From assembly GCA_947625765.1 (NCBI GenBank), contig CANQPP010000001.1, forward strand, positions 7,763-71,762: a DNA stretch of 64,000 nt, in the 5' to 3' direction. The notes beneath the pieces were generated by a model. That model was not told the DNA's origin, ran no database searches, and was given only the letters and a program-made list of their open reading frames with translations. The translations under genes and the position numbers were made by a program. The stretch is from an uncultured Clostridia bacterium (lineage in GTDB: Bacteria > Bacillota > Clostridia > Christensenellales > UBA1750). Shown one piece after another: positions 46,398 through 55,724 of the stretch (position 1 is its first letter; the number at the start of each line of letters is the position of its first letter).

Positions 46398-47768
46398 TTA
46401 GCCGTTGTTCAGGGAAGCGTTGGCCTCTCTGGCGGTCTCAAAGTCCTGCTGCACGGCCTCGGCCAGCTCTTCGGGGGTGAAGGGCCCGCCCAGGGTCTTC
46501 AGGTAGAAGAAGCCGTAGGCGCTGCCGCCGTACTCGCCGGTGCCCTTGGGGGTGTAGACCTTATGCTCGGCATGCACCAGGGGCTGGATGAGGTTGTCGC
46601 TCAGGCTGTTGAGGAACTCGTTGTCCAGGGTGATGCCCTCCTGGGTGGGGGTGAAGCCGCCGACCGCGTTCAGGAAAGCGGTGTAGACTTCCTTGCCGGA
46701 GAAGAAGTCGAGGAAGGCCAGAGCGCCGTCATGGTCGGGGGCGTTGCTGGGAACGCCGAAGGCCAGGTCGTACTTGATGCCGAACTGGGGAGCCAGTCCG
46801 TCGGTACGGGCGGTCTTGCCGGGGATGGGGAAGTAGCCGTACTCGAAGTCGGGCTCGGCCAGGTCGATGGTGGGCGCCTGCCAGGAACCGTCGGCCAGCA
46901 TGGCGATGCCGCCAGCGGCGAAGCGGCCGGGAACGTCGGAGTAGGTGACGCCGGTGACGCCGGGCTCCATGTAGGAGGCGAACTGATCCATCATCGTATA
47001 CAGCTCGATGATCTTAGGATCGGTGAAGGACATATCGCCCGTGAACAGGTCGCGGCCGATCTGGGTGCATTCCTCGCCGAACTGGGCGGTCATGATGCCG
47101 GTGGCGAACATGTTGAGGGGCCACTGATCGGCGGCGCCGCAGGTGATGACGGAGTAGCGGCCGTCGTTCTTGATGGTCTCGCAAACGTTGATGAACTCAT
47201 CCCAGGTGGTGGGGACGGACAGGTTCAGCTCTTCAAAGATGGTCTTGTTGTAGAACAGGCCGTTGTAGGCCACGGTGCTTGTGGGCATCGAGTAGTTCCT
47301 GCCTTTGTAGGCATTGTCGGCCTTGGCGCTTTCCACAAAGCGGTCCATGAAGGGTTCGTCCGTCAGGTCGGTCAGCTGACCGGCGTCGATGAACTGCTGC
47401 CACAGGGGCTTATCCATGGAACCGGCGTTCCAATCTTCCTGGGGCTTGGAGAACTGCTGGAAGGACACGACGTCGATGTTGCCGGCGGAGATACGGGTCT
47501 GCATGACCTGATCGTGCTCGGACTGGGGAACGTCGGTCACCTCAAGGGTGTAGTCGGGATACGCCTCGTGGAAATCATCGGCGATGGACTTTAAGAACTC
47601 CACGGTGGGGCCGTTGGCCCAGGTCAGGACCTGCACAACGCCGTCGGCGACCTCGCCGGAGCCGGACGCTGCACCGCTGCCGGCGGTCTCGCCGCCGCTG
47701 CAGCCGGCCAGGGCCAGCACCAGCAGCAACGCCAACAGCATGCTCAGGGCTTTTTTCGCGTTTCGCAT
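46398..47768 (-). CDS. ABC transporter extracellular sugar-binding lipoprotein
   Basis: 456 aa. Signal peptide plus lipobox LALAGCSGG. Family-1 solute-binding composition. AAGGAGGGAG SD. Confidence 0.88.
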   Translation of the reverse strand: MRNAKKALSMLLALLLVLALAGCSGGETAGSGAASGSGEVADGVVQVLTWANGPTVEFLKSIADDFHEAYPDYTLEVTDVPQSEHDQVMQTRISAGNIDVVSFQQFSKPQEDWNAGSMDKPLWQQFIDAGQLTDLTDEPFMDRFVESAKADNAYKGRNYSMPTSTVAYNGLFYNKTIFEELNLSVPTTWDEFINVCETIKNDGRYSVITCGAADQWPLNMFATGIMTAQFGEECTQIGRDLFTGDMSFTDPKIIELYTMMDQFASYMEPGVTGVTYSDVPGRFAAGGIAMLADGSWQAPTIDLAEPDFEYGYFPIPGKTARTDGLAPQFGIKYDLAFGVPSNAPDHDGALAFLDFFSGKEVYTAFLNAVGGFTPTQEGITLDNEFLNSLSDNLIQPLVHAEHKVYTPKGTGEYGGSAYGFFYLKTLGGPFTPEELAEAVQQDFETAREANASLNNG

Positions 47769-47862
47769 AAGTCTTTACTCCCTCCTTGATTTTTTGCCCG
47801 GGCGCCCCGCTTTCCTGGCGGTCCGCGGGACCTCGAGGCGCGGCAAGCGCGCGCCTTCCGCT

Positions 47863-47884
47863 TTGTAAAAGTATACTTTTACAA
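47863..47884. promoter_or_regulatory. 22-bp perfect palindrome (operator-like, or 5'-UTR hairpin) downstream of the transporter promoter
   Basis: TTGTAAAAGTA|TACTTTTACAA, with no mismatch, ~20-40 nt downstream of the predicted start site. Confidence 0.6.
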
Positions 47885-47911
47885 ACATGGAATTCGCCCG
47901 TTCGCAACATT

Positions 47912-47940
47912 ATTTTATGGCAAAAAAAGGCCTCTGTCAA
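47912..47940 (-). promoter_or_regulatory. putative promoter of the sugar ABC-transporter operon
   Basis: Minus strand: TTGACA (47940..47935), 17-nt spacer, TAAAAT (47917..47912). Confidence 0.5.
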
Positions 47941-47980
47941 TACCAAAATACGACTTGTGTGTTAATTCACCAGTTCTTTT

Positions 47981-47996
47981 TTAAAGTATACCTTAA
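47981..47996. promoter_or_regulatory. second, imperfect palindrome sharing the AAGTATAC core
   Basis: TTAAAGTATACCTTAA (14/16 symmetric). Its centre is 115 bp from the centre of the 47863-47884 palindrome, upstream of the -35. Confidence 0.4.
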
Positions 47997-48010
47997 CAAA
48001 AAATGCACAA

Positions 48011-48056
48011 ATGCCGCGCCTCCTTTTTTGTGTCTCAAAAAAAGAAGGCGCGGCAT
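48011..48056. terminator. bidirectional terminator after the CotF-like gene pair
   Basis: ATGCCGCGCCT (48011-48021) pairs with AGGCGCGGCAT (48046-48056). The T6/A7 inner extension can also pair. T-runs lie on both sides. Confidence 0.6.
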
Positions 48057-48120
48057 CTTTTTTACCCGTTTGGACTGTCCCCCGGGCCAAAATGTGCTAT
48101 ACTAAGGGGAGAGGAGCCCG

Positions 48121-48402
48121 TTACAGCTCCGTCTTGATCTGGGCCATGGTCTGGCGGGCCTGGTTGATCTTGCCCTTTTCCGCCTGTTCCACCTGGTACC
48201 AGCCCTTCTGCTGCATCAGGCGAAACGTCTGGAACTGGTCCTGGGCGGTCTGCTCGAGGTTGCCCGCGAACAGCTGGCGGCCGTCCTGGGAAGCGCATTC
48301 GCAGAGGAAGCTCGCGTACACGCCCACCAGCTGCTTTTCGGTGTTGAGCATGTCGTTGAGCATGTTCTTATCGTCCATCTGGGCCTGCGGATCGTATTGC
48401 AT
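48121..48402 (-). CDS. spore coat protein F-like (CotF family)
   Basis: The last 93 aa of ORF 48121..48675: MQYDPQAQMDDKNMLNDMLNTEKQLVGVYASFLCECASQDGRQLF... (ATG 48402, GGAGG SD). The pattern matches CotF-type four-helix proteins as I recall them. Confidence 0.65.
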   Translation of the reverse strand: MQYDPQAQMDDKNMLNDMLNTEKQLVGVYASFLCECASQDGRQLFAGNLEQTAQDQFQTFRLMQQKGWYQVEQAEKGKINQARQTMAQIKTEL

Positions 48403-48440
48403 GTCTGCCTCCGTTTCCGGGCGCTTTAAGTCTCGCCCCG

Positions 48441-48653
48441 TCAGTTGTGGCTGTTCAGGTACTGGAACAGGCTGTCGAAGTGCTGCTTGTGGTGGTTGGC
48501 CAGGTTGCTGGCGTGCTGGGAGAGCGCCTGGTCGCCGAACTGGGCGGCGTAGGCCTCGTACTTCTTGCAGGCCACGGCCTCGTGTTCCATCTGGTCCTGC
48601 AGGATGGTGAGCGTCTTTGCGTCCATGCAGCAGCCGTTCTGTGCGTTCTGCAT
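48441..48653 (-). CDS. small helical protein co-transcribed with the CotF-like gene
   Basis: 70 aa, GGAGGG SD, with a similar D.K.L..L...E helical composition. No specific family recognised. Confidence 0.5.
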   Translation of the reverse strand: MQNAQNGCCMDAKTLTILQDQMEHEAVACKKYEAYAAQFGDQALSQHASNLANHHKQHFDSLFQYLNSHN

Positions 48654-48762
48654 CCTTGTGTTTCCCTCCGTTCATCCCGATTCGAGTTGTCCGCAGGCGC
48701 TTGCGGTCTTGCTCCGCGAGCAGCTGCGTATCTATCCTGCCTGAAAAGGGGCATGCTTATAC

Positions 48763-49248
48763 ATGAGCCAAAAAACGCGGCCGAGCGCGCTGGACGCGGC
48801 GCTCAAATATTTAGAGACGCGCGACCGCTCCCTGTCCGAGGTGCATGCGCATCTGGAAAAGCGGGAGTACGCGCCGGAGGAGATCCGCGCAGCTATCGAC
48901 AAGCTGCTGGGATACGGTTTCGTCAACGACCTCGCCTTCGCCCGGCGCTTCATCGCCGCCCACCCGAGCAACGGTCGGCTGCTGCTGCGGCAGAAGCTGC
49001 GCCAGCGGGGCGTGGATGCCCAGGCGGCCGAGCAGGCCCTGAGCGAGCTGGACGAGGCGGCGCAGGCCGGGCAGGCGCTGGACTTCCTCGCCCGGCGGCT
49101 GCGCGGCTCCACGGACAGGGACGAGGTCCGCAGGGCCATGCAGGCCGCCCTGCGCCGGGGCTTTCCCTACGGCGTGGTGCGGCTGGCCGTCTCCCGCTAC
49201 AACGAGCAGGCCGCGGAGGAGCTGTGCGATGACGACGACGCCTTTTGA
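48763..49248 (+). CDS. recX: recombination regulator RecX
   Basis: 161 aa. ALDAALKYLETRDRSLSEVHAHLEKREYAPEEIRAAIDKLLGYGFVNDLAFARRF is the repeated three-helix RecX pattern. Confidence 0.8.
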   Translation: MSQKTRPSALDAALKYLETRDRSLSEVHAHLEKREYAPEEIRAAIDKLLGYGFVNDLAFARRFIAAHPSNGRLLLRQKLRQRGVDAQAAEQALSELDEAAQAGQALDFLARRLRGSTDRDEVRRAMQAALRRGFPYGVVRLAVSRYNEQAAEELCDDDDAF

Positions 49249-50014
49249 CGAAACACGCTTTCTCTCCCTTCTGCCGGGGCGGGCCTTCCGCCTTATGGAG
49301 GAGACGGATTCCACATTCCGCGCCATGCGCCTCTGGGCGCGGGAGGGCGCGCCGGACGGGGCCGCGCTGCTGGCCGAAAAGCAGACCGCAGGCCGGGGAC
49401 GGCTGGGCCGGGACTGGGCCTCGCCCAGGTACGCCGGGCTGACGTTCTCCTACCTCATGCGCCCCCGCCTGCCCGCGAGCCTCTGCGCGCGCTTGACCCC
49501 CGCCGTGGCGGTGGGCGTCTGCCGGGCCCTGCGGGAGGCGGGCCTGCGGGAGGCCGGGATCAAGTGGCCCAACGACATCGTGGCAGAGGGCCGCAAGCTC
49601 TGCGGCATACTCTGCGAGATGGAGCTGGCCCCGGACGGGAAACTCGCCTTCGTGCAGGCGGGCATCGGGCTGAACGTGCACCCCTCTCCCCTGCCGGAGG
49701 AACTGCGGCAAAAGGCGGGCTTCGTGGGGGACTATCTTTCCACCACACGGGAGGAGCTGCTCGCCCGCATCCTGCCCGCGCTGGACGTTTCGGCAAGAGA
49801 GGCGCAGCGGGACTTCCCCGCGCTGCTGCAGGCGTACCGCTCCCTTTGCGTCACCCTGGGCAAACAGGTGCACGCGAGCGGCGGGCAGGAGGCCGAGGGA
49901 CTGGCCTTTGACATCAACGAGGAATGCGAACTGCTGGTGCGCGGTGCGGACGGCCAAACGACGGCCCTTCGCACGGCGGACGTTTCGATAAGGGGGAAAA
50001 CGGGCTATGTATAA
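49229..50014 (+). CDS. birA: biotin--[acetyl-CoA-carboxylase] ligase (no N-terminal HTH)
   Basis: 261 aa. QTAGRGRLGRDW (GRGRxGR motif) and IKWPNDI. Confidence 0.85.
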   Translation: MTTTPFDETRFLSLLPGRAFRLMEETDSTFRAMRLWAREGAPDGAALLAEKQTAGRGRLGRDWASPRYAGLTFSYLMRPRLPASLCARLTPAVAVGVCRALREAGLREAGIKWPNDIVAEGRKLCGILCEMELAPDGKLAFVQAGIGLNVHPSPLPEELRQKAGFVGDYLSTTREELLARILPALDVSAREAQRDFPALLQAYRSLCVTLGKQVHASGGQEAEGLAFDINEECELLVRGADGQTTALRTADVSIRGKTGYV

Positions 50015-50936
50015 GGGAAGCATCTGCGACGTGGGCGGCCTGACCGTGGGCCACGCCCAGGACGAGAAGGGCATGACGGGCGTGACGGCCATCCTGCTGG
50101 GCGACGGGGCCGTCGCGGGCGTGGACGTGCGCGGCGCCGCGCCGGGCACCCGCGAGACAGACCTTTTGCGCAGCGAGAACATGATCGAGAAGATCCACGC
50201 GGTGGTGCTCACCGGCGGCAGCGCCTTCGGGCTGGACGCGGCGGGCGGCGTGATGAAGGCGCTGGAGGAAAAGGGCGTGGGCTTCGACGCGGGAGCCTTC
50301 AAGGTGCCCATCGTCTGCGCCGCCGTGCTGTTCGACCTGGAGATCGGCGAGCCCGGCATCCGCCCCACCGCCCGCATGGGCTACGAGGCGGCACTGCGCG
50401 CGGACACCAACCCCGCCCAGGGGGCCGTGGGCGCGGGCAAGGGCGCGACCGTGGGCAAGCTGGTGCCCGGCTCCGTCCCCGCCAAGGGCGGCATCGGCAT
50501 GGCGTCCATGCAGCTGCCCGGCGGCGGCTGCGTGGCGGCGATGGTGGCGGTCAACGCCGCCGGGGACGTGGTGGACCCCGCCACGGGCATCACCGTGGCC
50601 TGCGGCAGCCTGGCTGGCAGGCCCGTGCACGCCGCCGAGGCCCTGCTGGAAGGGGCGCAGGCGGAGGGCTTCGCCGGGCGCAACACCACCATCGGCCTGG
50701 TGGCCACGGACGTGCGGCTCACCAAAGCCCAGGCCAACCGGCTGGCCCAGGTCGCCCACGACGGGCTGGCCCGCGCCATCCGGCCGGTGCACACCGTGGC
50801 CGACGGCGATACGCTCTTCGCCGTCTCCACCGGGCAGAAGAGCTGCAACCCGGTCGTTTTGCAGACCTGCGCCGTGGAGGTGGTCTCCCGGGCCATCGTC
50901 AACGCGGTGCACCCGGACGTTCTGGAGGGCGCATGA
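50007..50936 (+). CDS. P1/DmpA-family aminopeptidase (peptidase S58)
   Basis: 309 aa. GLTVGHAQDEKGMTGVTAIL, GTRETDLL, VLTGGSAFGLDAA and NTTIGLVATD (self-processing GS/T family layout). Confidence 0.8.
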   Translation: MYKGSICDVGGLTVGHAQDEKGMTGVTAILLGDGAVAGVDVRGAAPGTRETDLLRSENMIEKIHAVVLTGGSAFGLDAAGGVMKALEEKGVGFDAGAFKVPIVCAAVLFDLEIGEPGIRPTARMGYEAALRADTNPAQGAVGAGKGATVGKLVPGSVPAKGGIGMASMQLPGGGCVAAMVAVNAAGDVVDPATGITVACGSLAGRPVHAAEALLEGAQAEGFAGRNTTIGLVATDVRLTKAQANRLAQVAHDGLARAIRPVHTVADGDTLFAVSTGQKSCNPVVLQTCAVEVVSRAIVNAVHPDVLEGA

Positions 50937-51289
50937 AGGGCGTAGGCTGCGATCTGTGTTTTATCCCGCGGATGGAAAAGTCTCTGCAGAACCCCCGCTT
51001 CTTGGAGCGCGTCTTTAGTTTCGGGGAGCGGGAGCGCATCGAAAGGGGCGGGCCCGCCTCGGCGGCCGGCATCTGGGCCGCGAAGGAGGCCTGCGCCAAG
51101 GCGCTGGGCACGGGCTTTCGGGAATTTACGCTCCTCGACATCGAGGTCGGCTGGGACGATTTAGGCGCGCCGCACTTGACCCTGCGCAGCGGCGCTGCGG
51201 AGAGGCTCCGCGCTTTGGGAGCCGCGCGGGCGCTCGTCTCGATCAGCCACGACGGCGAGCTGGCGCTGGCCTTCTGCGTGATAGAATAA
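50933..51289 (+). CDS. acpS: holo-[acyl-carrier-protein] synthase
   Basis: 118 aa. GCDLCFIPRMEK..., FSFGERE, WAAKEACAKALGTG and ISHDGELALAF. Confidence 0.85.
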   Translation: MKGVGCDLCFIPRMEKSLQNPRFLERVFSFGERERIERGGPASAAGIWAAKEACAKALGTGFREFTLLDIEVGWDDLGAPHLTLRSGAAERLRALGAARALVSISHDGELALAFCVIE

Positions 51290-51330
51290 CAGAAAAAGAC
51301 CCGCATAAGAGGAAAAGGAGTCAAACGGAT

Positions 51331-52806
51331 ATGAAAACGGTGCTGACCCCCGGCGAAATGCGCGCGATCGAAGGGGACGCCATGCGCGCCTATTCCATCG
51401 ACGGGCTGCTGCTCATGGAGCGGGCGGCCCTGGAGATGCTGCGCCTGGCCCTCTCCCTGCACCCGAAGAACGCCTTCCTCGTCTGCGGGCCGGGCAACAA
51501 CGGCGGCGACGGCCTGGCGCTGGCGCGGCTGCTGCACTTAGAGGGCGTGCCCGTGCGCGTGCGCCTGCTGGCGGAGCCGGACGCCTTACAGGGCGAGGCG
51601 CGGAAGAACATGGAGACCCTGCGCGCCCTGGGGATCGGCCTGCGGCAGCCCTGGCCGGAGGAAGCGCCGGACCTTATCGTCGACGCCGTCTTCGGCACGG
51701 GCCTCTCCCGCCCGCCGGAGGGCGAATACCTGGACGCGATCCGCCGCATGAACGCCTTGCGCGCCGCGGGCAGCCAGGTGCTGGCCGTGGACATCCCCTC
51801 CGGCGTGGACGGGGCCACCGGGAAGCTGCCGGGCGGGGAGGCCGTGCAGGCGGACCACTGCGCCACCTTCCAGTGGATGAAGCGCGGCCAGCTGCTCTAC
51901 CCCGGCCGGGGGAAGTGCGGACAGCTGCACCTCTTTCCCATCGGCATCCCCAAGCCCGCAGAACTGCCTCCCCTGCGGACCTTGGACGAGGACGACGTGC
52001 GCGCGCTCATCCCTGTCCGCGCCGCCGACGCCCACAAGAACAGCTTCGGTCACGGCCTGCTCATCGCCGGTAGCCGCGGCATGGCGGGCGCGGCGCTGCT
52101 GGCCGCCCGCGCGGCGCTCTCCGGCGGCATCGGCCTGCTCAGCTGCGCCTGCCCCCGGCAGTCCGTGGCCCCGCACCTGCAGTCCCAGGTGCCCTCGGCG
52201 ATGGCGCTACCCTTGCCCTCCGGCGTGGAGGCGGGGGATCTGGTCCTGTCCGCACTGGAAGGAAAGACCGCCGCGGCGGTGGGGCCGGGCCTTGGCAGGA
52301 GCGAGACGGCGCTCTCGCTGCTCTGCGCGGCCTGGGCCTCTCCCCTGCCGCTGATCGTGGACGCGGACGGGCTCAACCTGCTGGCCGAGAACCAGGCGGA
52401 CTTTCCCCTGCGCTCCCATCCGCTGCTGCTGACCCCGCACCCGGGCGAGGCCGCCCGCCTCCTGGGCCGCCCGGTGGACGACCCCATCGAGGACGCCCGC
52501 GCGCTGGCCGCCCGCTGGAGGGCCGTGTGCCTGCTCAAGGGCGCCACCACCGTGATCGCCGCGCCGAACGGAGACACGCTGCTCAACTTGAGCGGCTGCA
52601 GCGGCCTGGCCAAGGGCGGCAGCGGCGACGTGCTGACCGGCCTGCTGCTGGCCCTGCTCTGCCAGGGAGCGCGGCCTTTCGCCGCCGCGGCCCTGGGCGC
52701 GTACCTGCACGGCCGCGCCGGGGAGCGCCTGAGCCGGGAGAGGGGCGAGCGCTCCTTCACCACCTGGGACCTGGCGCAGGCGAACTTCTTCGACCTGACG
52801 GCCTGA
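51331..52806 (+). CDS. nnr: bifunctional NAD(P)H-hydrate repair enzyme (epimerase + ADP-dependent dehydratase)
   Basis: 491 aa. N-terminal YjeF_N (GPGNNGGDGLALARLL, DAVFGTGL) and C-terminal carbohydrate-kinase domain (HKNSFGHGLLIAGSRGMAGAA, GGSGDVLTG). Confidence 0.9.
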   Translation: MKTVLTPGEMRAIEGDAMRAYSIDGLLLMERAALEMLRLALSLHPKNAFLVCGPGNNGGDGLALARLLHLEGVPVRVRLLAEPDALQGEARKNMETLRALGIGLRQPWPEEAPDLIVDAVFGTGLSRPPEGEYLDAIRRMNALRAAGSQVLAVDIPSGVDGATGKLPGGEAVQADHCATFQWMKRGQLLYPGRGKCGQLHLFPIGIPKPAELPPLRTLDEDDVRALIPVRAADAHKNSFGHGLLIAGSRGMAGAALLAARAALSGGIGLLSCACPRQSVAPHLQSQVPSAMALPLPSGVEAGDLVLSALEGKTAAAVGPGLGRSETALSLLCAAWASPLPLIVDADGLNLLAENQADFPLRSHPLLLTPHPGEAARLLGRPVDDPIEDARALAARWRAVCLLKGATTVIAAPNGDTLLNLSGCSGLAKGGSGDVLTGLLLALLCQGARPFAAAALGAYLHGRAGERLSRERGERSFTTWDLAQANFFDLTA

Positions 52807-52933
52807 CCGCGACGCCTTCCCCTAAACGAACGGCACCCGCTGGAACCTCCTTCCAACGGATGCCTTCTTTCTTCCCGCTGATTCATTTAATGAAGAAAGC
52901 CCCTCGCCACTCAACCCCCTTCTATATAGAAAG

Positions 52934-52973
52934 AAAGCCCCCGCGCCACGCAGGGGCTTTCCTCGTTTTTTTT
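52934..52973 (+). terminator. rho-independent terminator after nnr
   Basis: AAAGCCCC (52934-52941) pairs with GGGGCTTT (52953-52960), followed by CCTCGTTTTTTTT. Confidence 0.65.
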
Positions 52974-52999
52974 CCGGCGGCCTTCTTTATAGCCGGGAT

Positions 53000-53401
53000 T
53001 CAGTTGAACTTCATGCTGTCCAGTTCGCTGTTAAACTCCTTGGTGACCTCCAGGATCGTCTTGTCCCCTTCGGCGTAGATCCTGTGTTCCTTCAGCAGGG
53101 GGAACTTCTCGCCCTTGAACTTCAGCACCATTTCCTCGGCCTCCTGCCGGGAGTTCAGCTCGAATGTCTCCGTGGTCTTGATGAGTTTTGCCATGGTCTC
53201 GCTCCTTTCCAAGCCCAGAAGATGGTCCGTGGTCACGCCGAAATAGACGGCCAGCTGGGGCAGCATGGACAGGTCCGGGGCGTTGACCCCGTTCTCCCAG
53301 CGGGAGACAGTCTGCACGGACACGCGCAGCGCAGCCGACAGCTCCTCCTGGGTGACCCCCCGTCTCTGCCTTAACTCCTTGATGGTCCTTCCGATCTCCA
53401 T
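53000..53401 (-). CDS. XRE-family HTH regulator with small C-terminal domain
   Basis: Trimmed to MEIGRTIKELRQRRGVTQEELSAALRVSVQTVSRWENG (ATG 53401, GGGAGG SD). Confidence 0.8.
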   Translation of the reverse strand: MEIGRTIKELRQRRGVTQEELSAALRVSVQTVSRWENGVNAPDLSMLPQLAVYFGVTTDHLLGLERSETMAKLIKTTETFELNSRQEAEEMVLKFKGEKFPLLKEHRIYAEGDKTILEVTKEFNSELDSMKFN

Positions 53402-53513
53402 GTGCGACCTCCCGGGCTTTGTATCCATAGCATAGCAAATGAACGCGCCACAGAACAGCGCGCGGAACGAGAGGCGGCTCAACATTGTTGTTAAGCCGCT
53501 TTTGGTCAAACCT

Positions 53514-54476
53514 CTATCGGCCGCCGCTCCCCTTGAGGCAAAATTCGAGAAACTCCCGCACCGCGCTGGCGTAGCGGCCCTCGTCCGCGATGAAGCTGAG
53601 GCCGTGGCCCGCGCCGGGGAAGGTCTCCAGGCGGCAGTACCCGCCGCAGGCCTGCGCGAGGCGGCGGCTCATCTCACAGGGCACCAGCCTATCGTCCTCC
53701 CCGTGGATGAGCAGCACGGGCAGCCTGGTGTTTTTGACCGCCTCCACGGCCGAGGCGGCGCGCAGGTCGAAGCCTCCATAAATCCGCGCGGCCAGCCGCA
53801 GGAGCCAGACCGTCGGCTTTACGGGCAGCTTCCACTGGCGGCAGGTCTCCCTCAGGATGTCCTCCGGCGCGCTGTACGGGCAGTCCGCGACCACGCCCGC
53901 GACCGTCTCCGGCAGGGGCAGCTCGGAGGCCATCAGCACGGTCGCCGCGCCCATGGAGACGCCGCACAGCACGATGGGCGTCCCCCTGCCGAAGCGCTCG
54001 AACGCATAGTCCGCCCAGGCCTTGCAGTCGAAACGCTCGCGGATGCCGAAGCTGATCGTCCGCCCGCCGCTGTGGCCGTGGGCGCGCTGGTCCACCACCA
54101 AGGTGTTGAAGCCGCCCTCCCGCGCCAGCTTGTTGCCGCCGCAGAAGTCGCGCACGGCGGTGCCCCGGTATCCGTGGATCTGGATCTGCAAAGGCGCGCC
54201 GTCCCTTACATGGTAGTAGCGGCCGCACAGCTCAACGCCGTCGAAGGCGCGGATGCGCACCTGCTCAAAGGGCAGCGCCGCCATCTCACGGATGAGCGCA
54301 CGCATTTTCTCGCCGTCCGCCTCGTACTGCTCTCCCTGGGGCAGGGCGAAGTCGTCGCCCACGTGGTCCTTGGGCGAGTAAAACGCGATCCTGTACGCAT
54401 AAAAGGCGGCCAGCGCCAGCACCGCAAGGAGCGCCAATAGCACGCCCACCGCCACCGCAAGGACCATCTTCTTCAA
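53514..54476 (-). CDS. membrane-anchored alpha/beta hydrolase
   Basis: 320 aa. N-terminal TM helix, nucleophile elbow GVSMGA, HGEDD, and a C-terminal GAGHG region. Confidence 0.85.
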   Translation of the reverse strand: MKKMVLAVAVGVLLALLAVLALAAFYAYRIAFYSPKDHVGDDFALPQGEQYEADGEKMRALIREMAALPFEQVRIRAFDGVELCGRYYHVRDGAPLQIQIHGYRGTAVRDFCGGNKLAREGGFNTLVVDQRAHGHSGGRTISFGIRERFDCKAWADYAFERFGRGTPIVLCGVSMGAATVLMASELPLPETVAGVVADCPYSAPEDILRETCRQWKLPVKPTVWLLRLAARIYGGFDLRAASAVEAVKNTRLPVLLIHGEDDRLVPCEMSRRLAQACGGYCRLETFPGAGHGLSFIADEGRYASAVREFLEFCLKGSGGR

Positions 54477-54509
54477 CCCCTTCCAAAGGCAAAACGCTTT
54501 TTTCTCCGT

Positions 54510-55001
54510 TTATTCTTCCCCGCGCACGAGTTCTATGGCCTGCTTGCCGCTCAAATGCTCGACAAAAAGCGCAAAGGCGCACAGGGCCGCCTTCCCGCGC
54601 TCGATCTCGCTGACGCGCTCTTCCTCGTGCCCCGGGCGGTACTTTTCCGCCAGCAGCGCCGCCGCCCGCAGCGCTTCCCCGCCCTCCAGCAGGCGAACCT
54701 TCCCAAAGGCGATGGCGCTGCGAAAGTAGGTGGTGTATTTTTCCGGCACCACCCTGTCCTCGTCCACCACGCAGAAGGAGGCCTTGTCGCAAAAACGCAT
54801 CGCGTCGATCTTGTGCCCCTCTCTCGCGCCGTGGAACAGGATGCGGCCGCCTGAATACACGTAGCTCAGCGGCACCGCGTAGGGGTAGCCGTCATCGCCC
54901 AGCAAGGCCAAAACGCCGTGGCTGCCCCGCTCGAGTATGTCCTCGGCCTGGGCCCTCGTTAGCGCCTGCCGAAAGCGCCGCATTTCCCGAAACACGCTCA
55001 T
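54510..55001 (-). CDS. pyridoxamine 5'-phosphate oxidase-family flavoprotein
   Basis: 163 aa. MREMRRFRQALTRAQAEDILERGSHGVLALLGDDGYPYAVPLSYVY is a typical split-barrel FMN-binding N-terminus. Confidence 0.7.
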   Translation of the reverse strand: MSVFREMRRFRQALTRAQAEDILERGSHGVLALLGDDGYPYAVPLSYVYSGGRILFHGAREGHKIDAMRFCDKASFCVVDEDRVVPEKYTTYFRSAIAFGKVRLLEGGEALRAAALLAEKYRPGHEEERVSEIERGKAALCAFALFVEHLSGKQAIELVRGEE

Positions 55002-55690
55002 TCTGCCTTCTCCCCGCTATCAAAGCGCAGGCCGGCCACCGCGTCCACCGGCAGGGAGAACACCAGCGAGTTCGCCTCGCTGGCCGGGCCCGCTTCCCGA
55101 AGGATGGCCTGCATGATCGCCCTGCGGTCCTCGCGCTTGGCCACGATCAATACCATTTCCTTCTCCGCCGCGATGGATACGCCGAAAAACCTGCGCGCCT
55201 GCTCCATGCCCGTGCCCTTGGCGTGCAGCACCGTGCCGCCCGTGGCCCCGGCCTGCCGGGCGGCGTCCATCACCTGCTCGTTGCAGCCTGTGTTGGCGAT
55301 CGTGACGATCAGCTCAAAGGGCGTTTCCTTCATTTCCGATCCCTCTTTGTTCTCCGTTTCGGTTTCTTCCCCGTCCAGCATGGAGCGCGCGCCCGCGCCG
55401 CCGATGCTCAAGATCGGGATGGCCCAGGCGATGCCCCTGCCCTCCGGCCCGGCGCTCAAGCGCAGCGCGAAGCGGCCCATCAGCCGCCGGGCCTTGCCGC
55501 CGCCCACCGCGGTCAGGACCAGCGCCTGCTCGGTGTTCTCCAGGCCCAGATAGCTGCGCATGGACGCCGTGGCCGTGCCCTGGCAGGGCAGGGAGAGCGT
55601 GACGCCCGCCTCCTGCTCCCGCAGGAAGCCGAGGAAGTCCTCGCAGCGGTCCCGGCTCGTGACGGCGGCCACCAGATGTGTGCCTTGCAT
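54998..55690 (-). CDS. protein with two tandem P-II-like domains
   Basis: 230 aa. Both halves (~1-100 and ~125-225) resemble the small P-II-like proteins that I recall accompanying DUF1538 genes (FELIVTIANTGCNEQVMDAARQAGATGGTVLHAKG...). They are joined by an acidic linker. Confidence 0.55.
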   Translation of the reverse strand: MQGTHLVAAVTSRDRCEDFLGFLREQEAGVTLSLPCQGTATASMRSYLGLENTEQALVLTAVGGGKARRLMGRFALRLSAGPEGRGIAWAIPILSIGGAGARSMLDGEETETENKEGSEMKETPFELIVTIANTGCNEQVMDAARQAGATGGTVLHAKGTGMEQARRFFGVSIAAEKEMVLIVAKREDRRAIMQAILREAGPASEANSLVFSLPVDAVAGLRFDSGEKAE

Positions 55691-55724
55691 GTGGCTTTCC
55701 TTCCTTCTGCCAAAAAAGCGTTTC

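Noticed and set aside
48950-50377. 475-aa minus-strand ORF
   Set aside because: It is antisense to recX, birA and the DmpA-like peptidase, all with clear motifs. The translation is Pro/Arg/Ala-rich.
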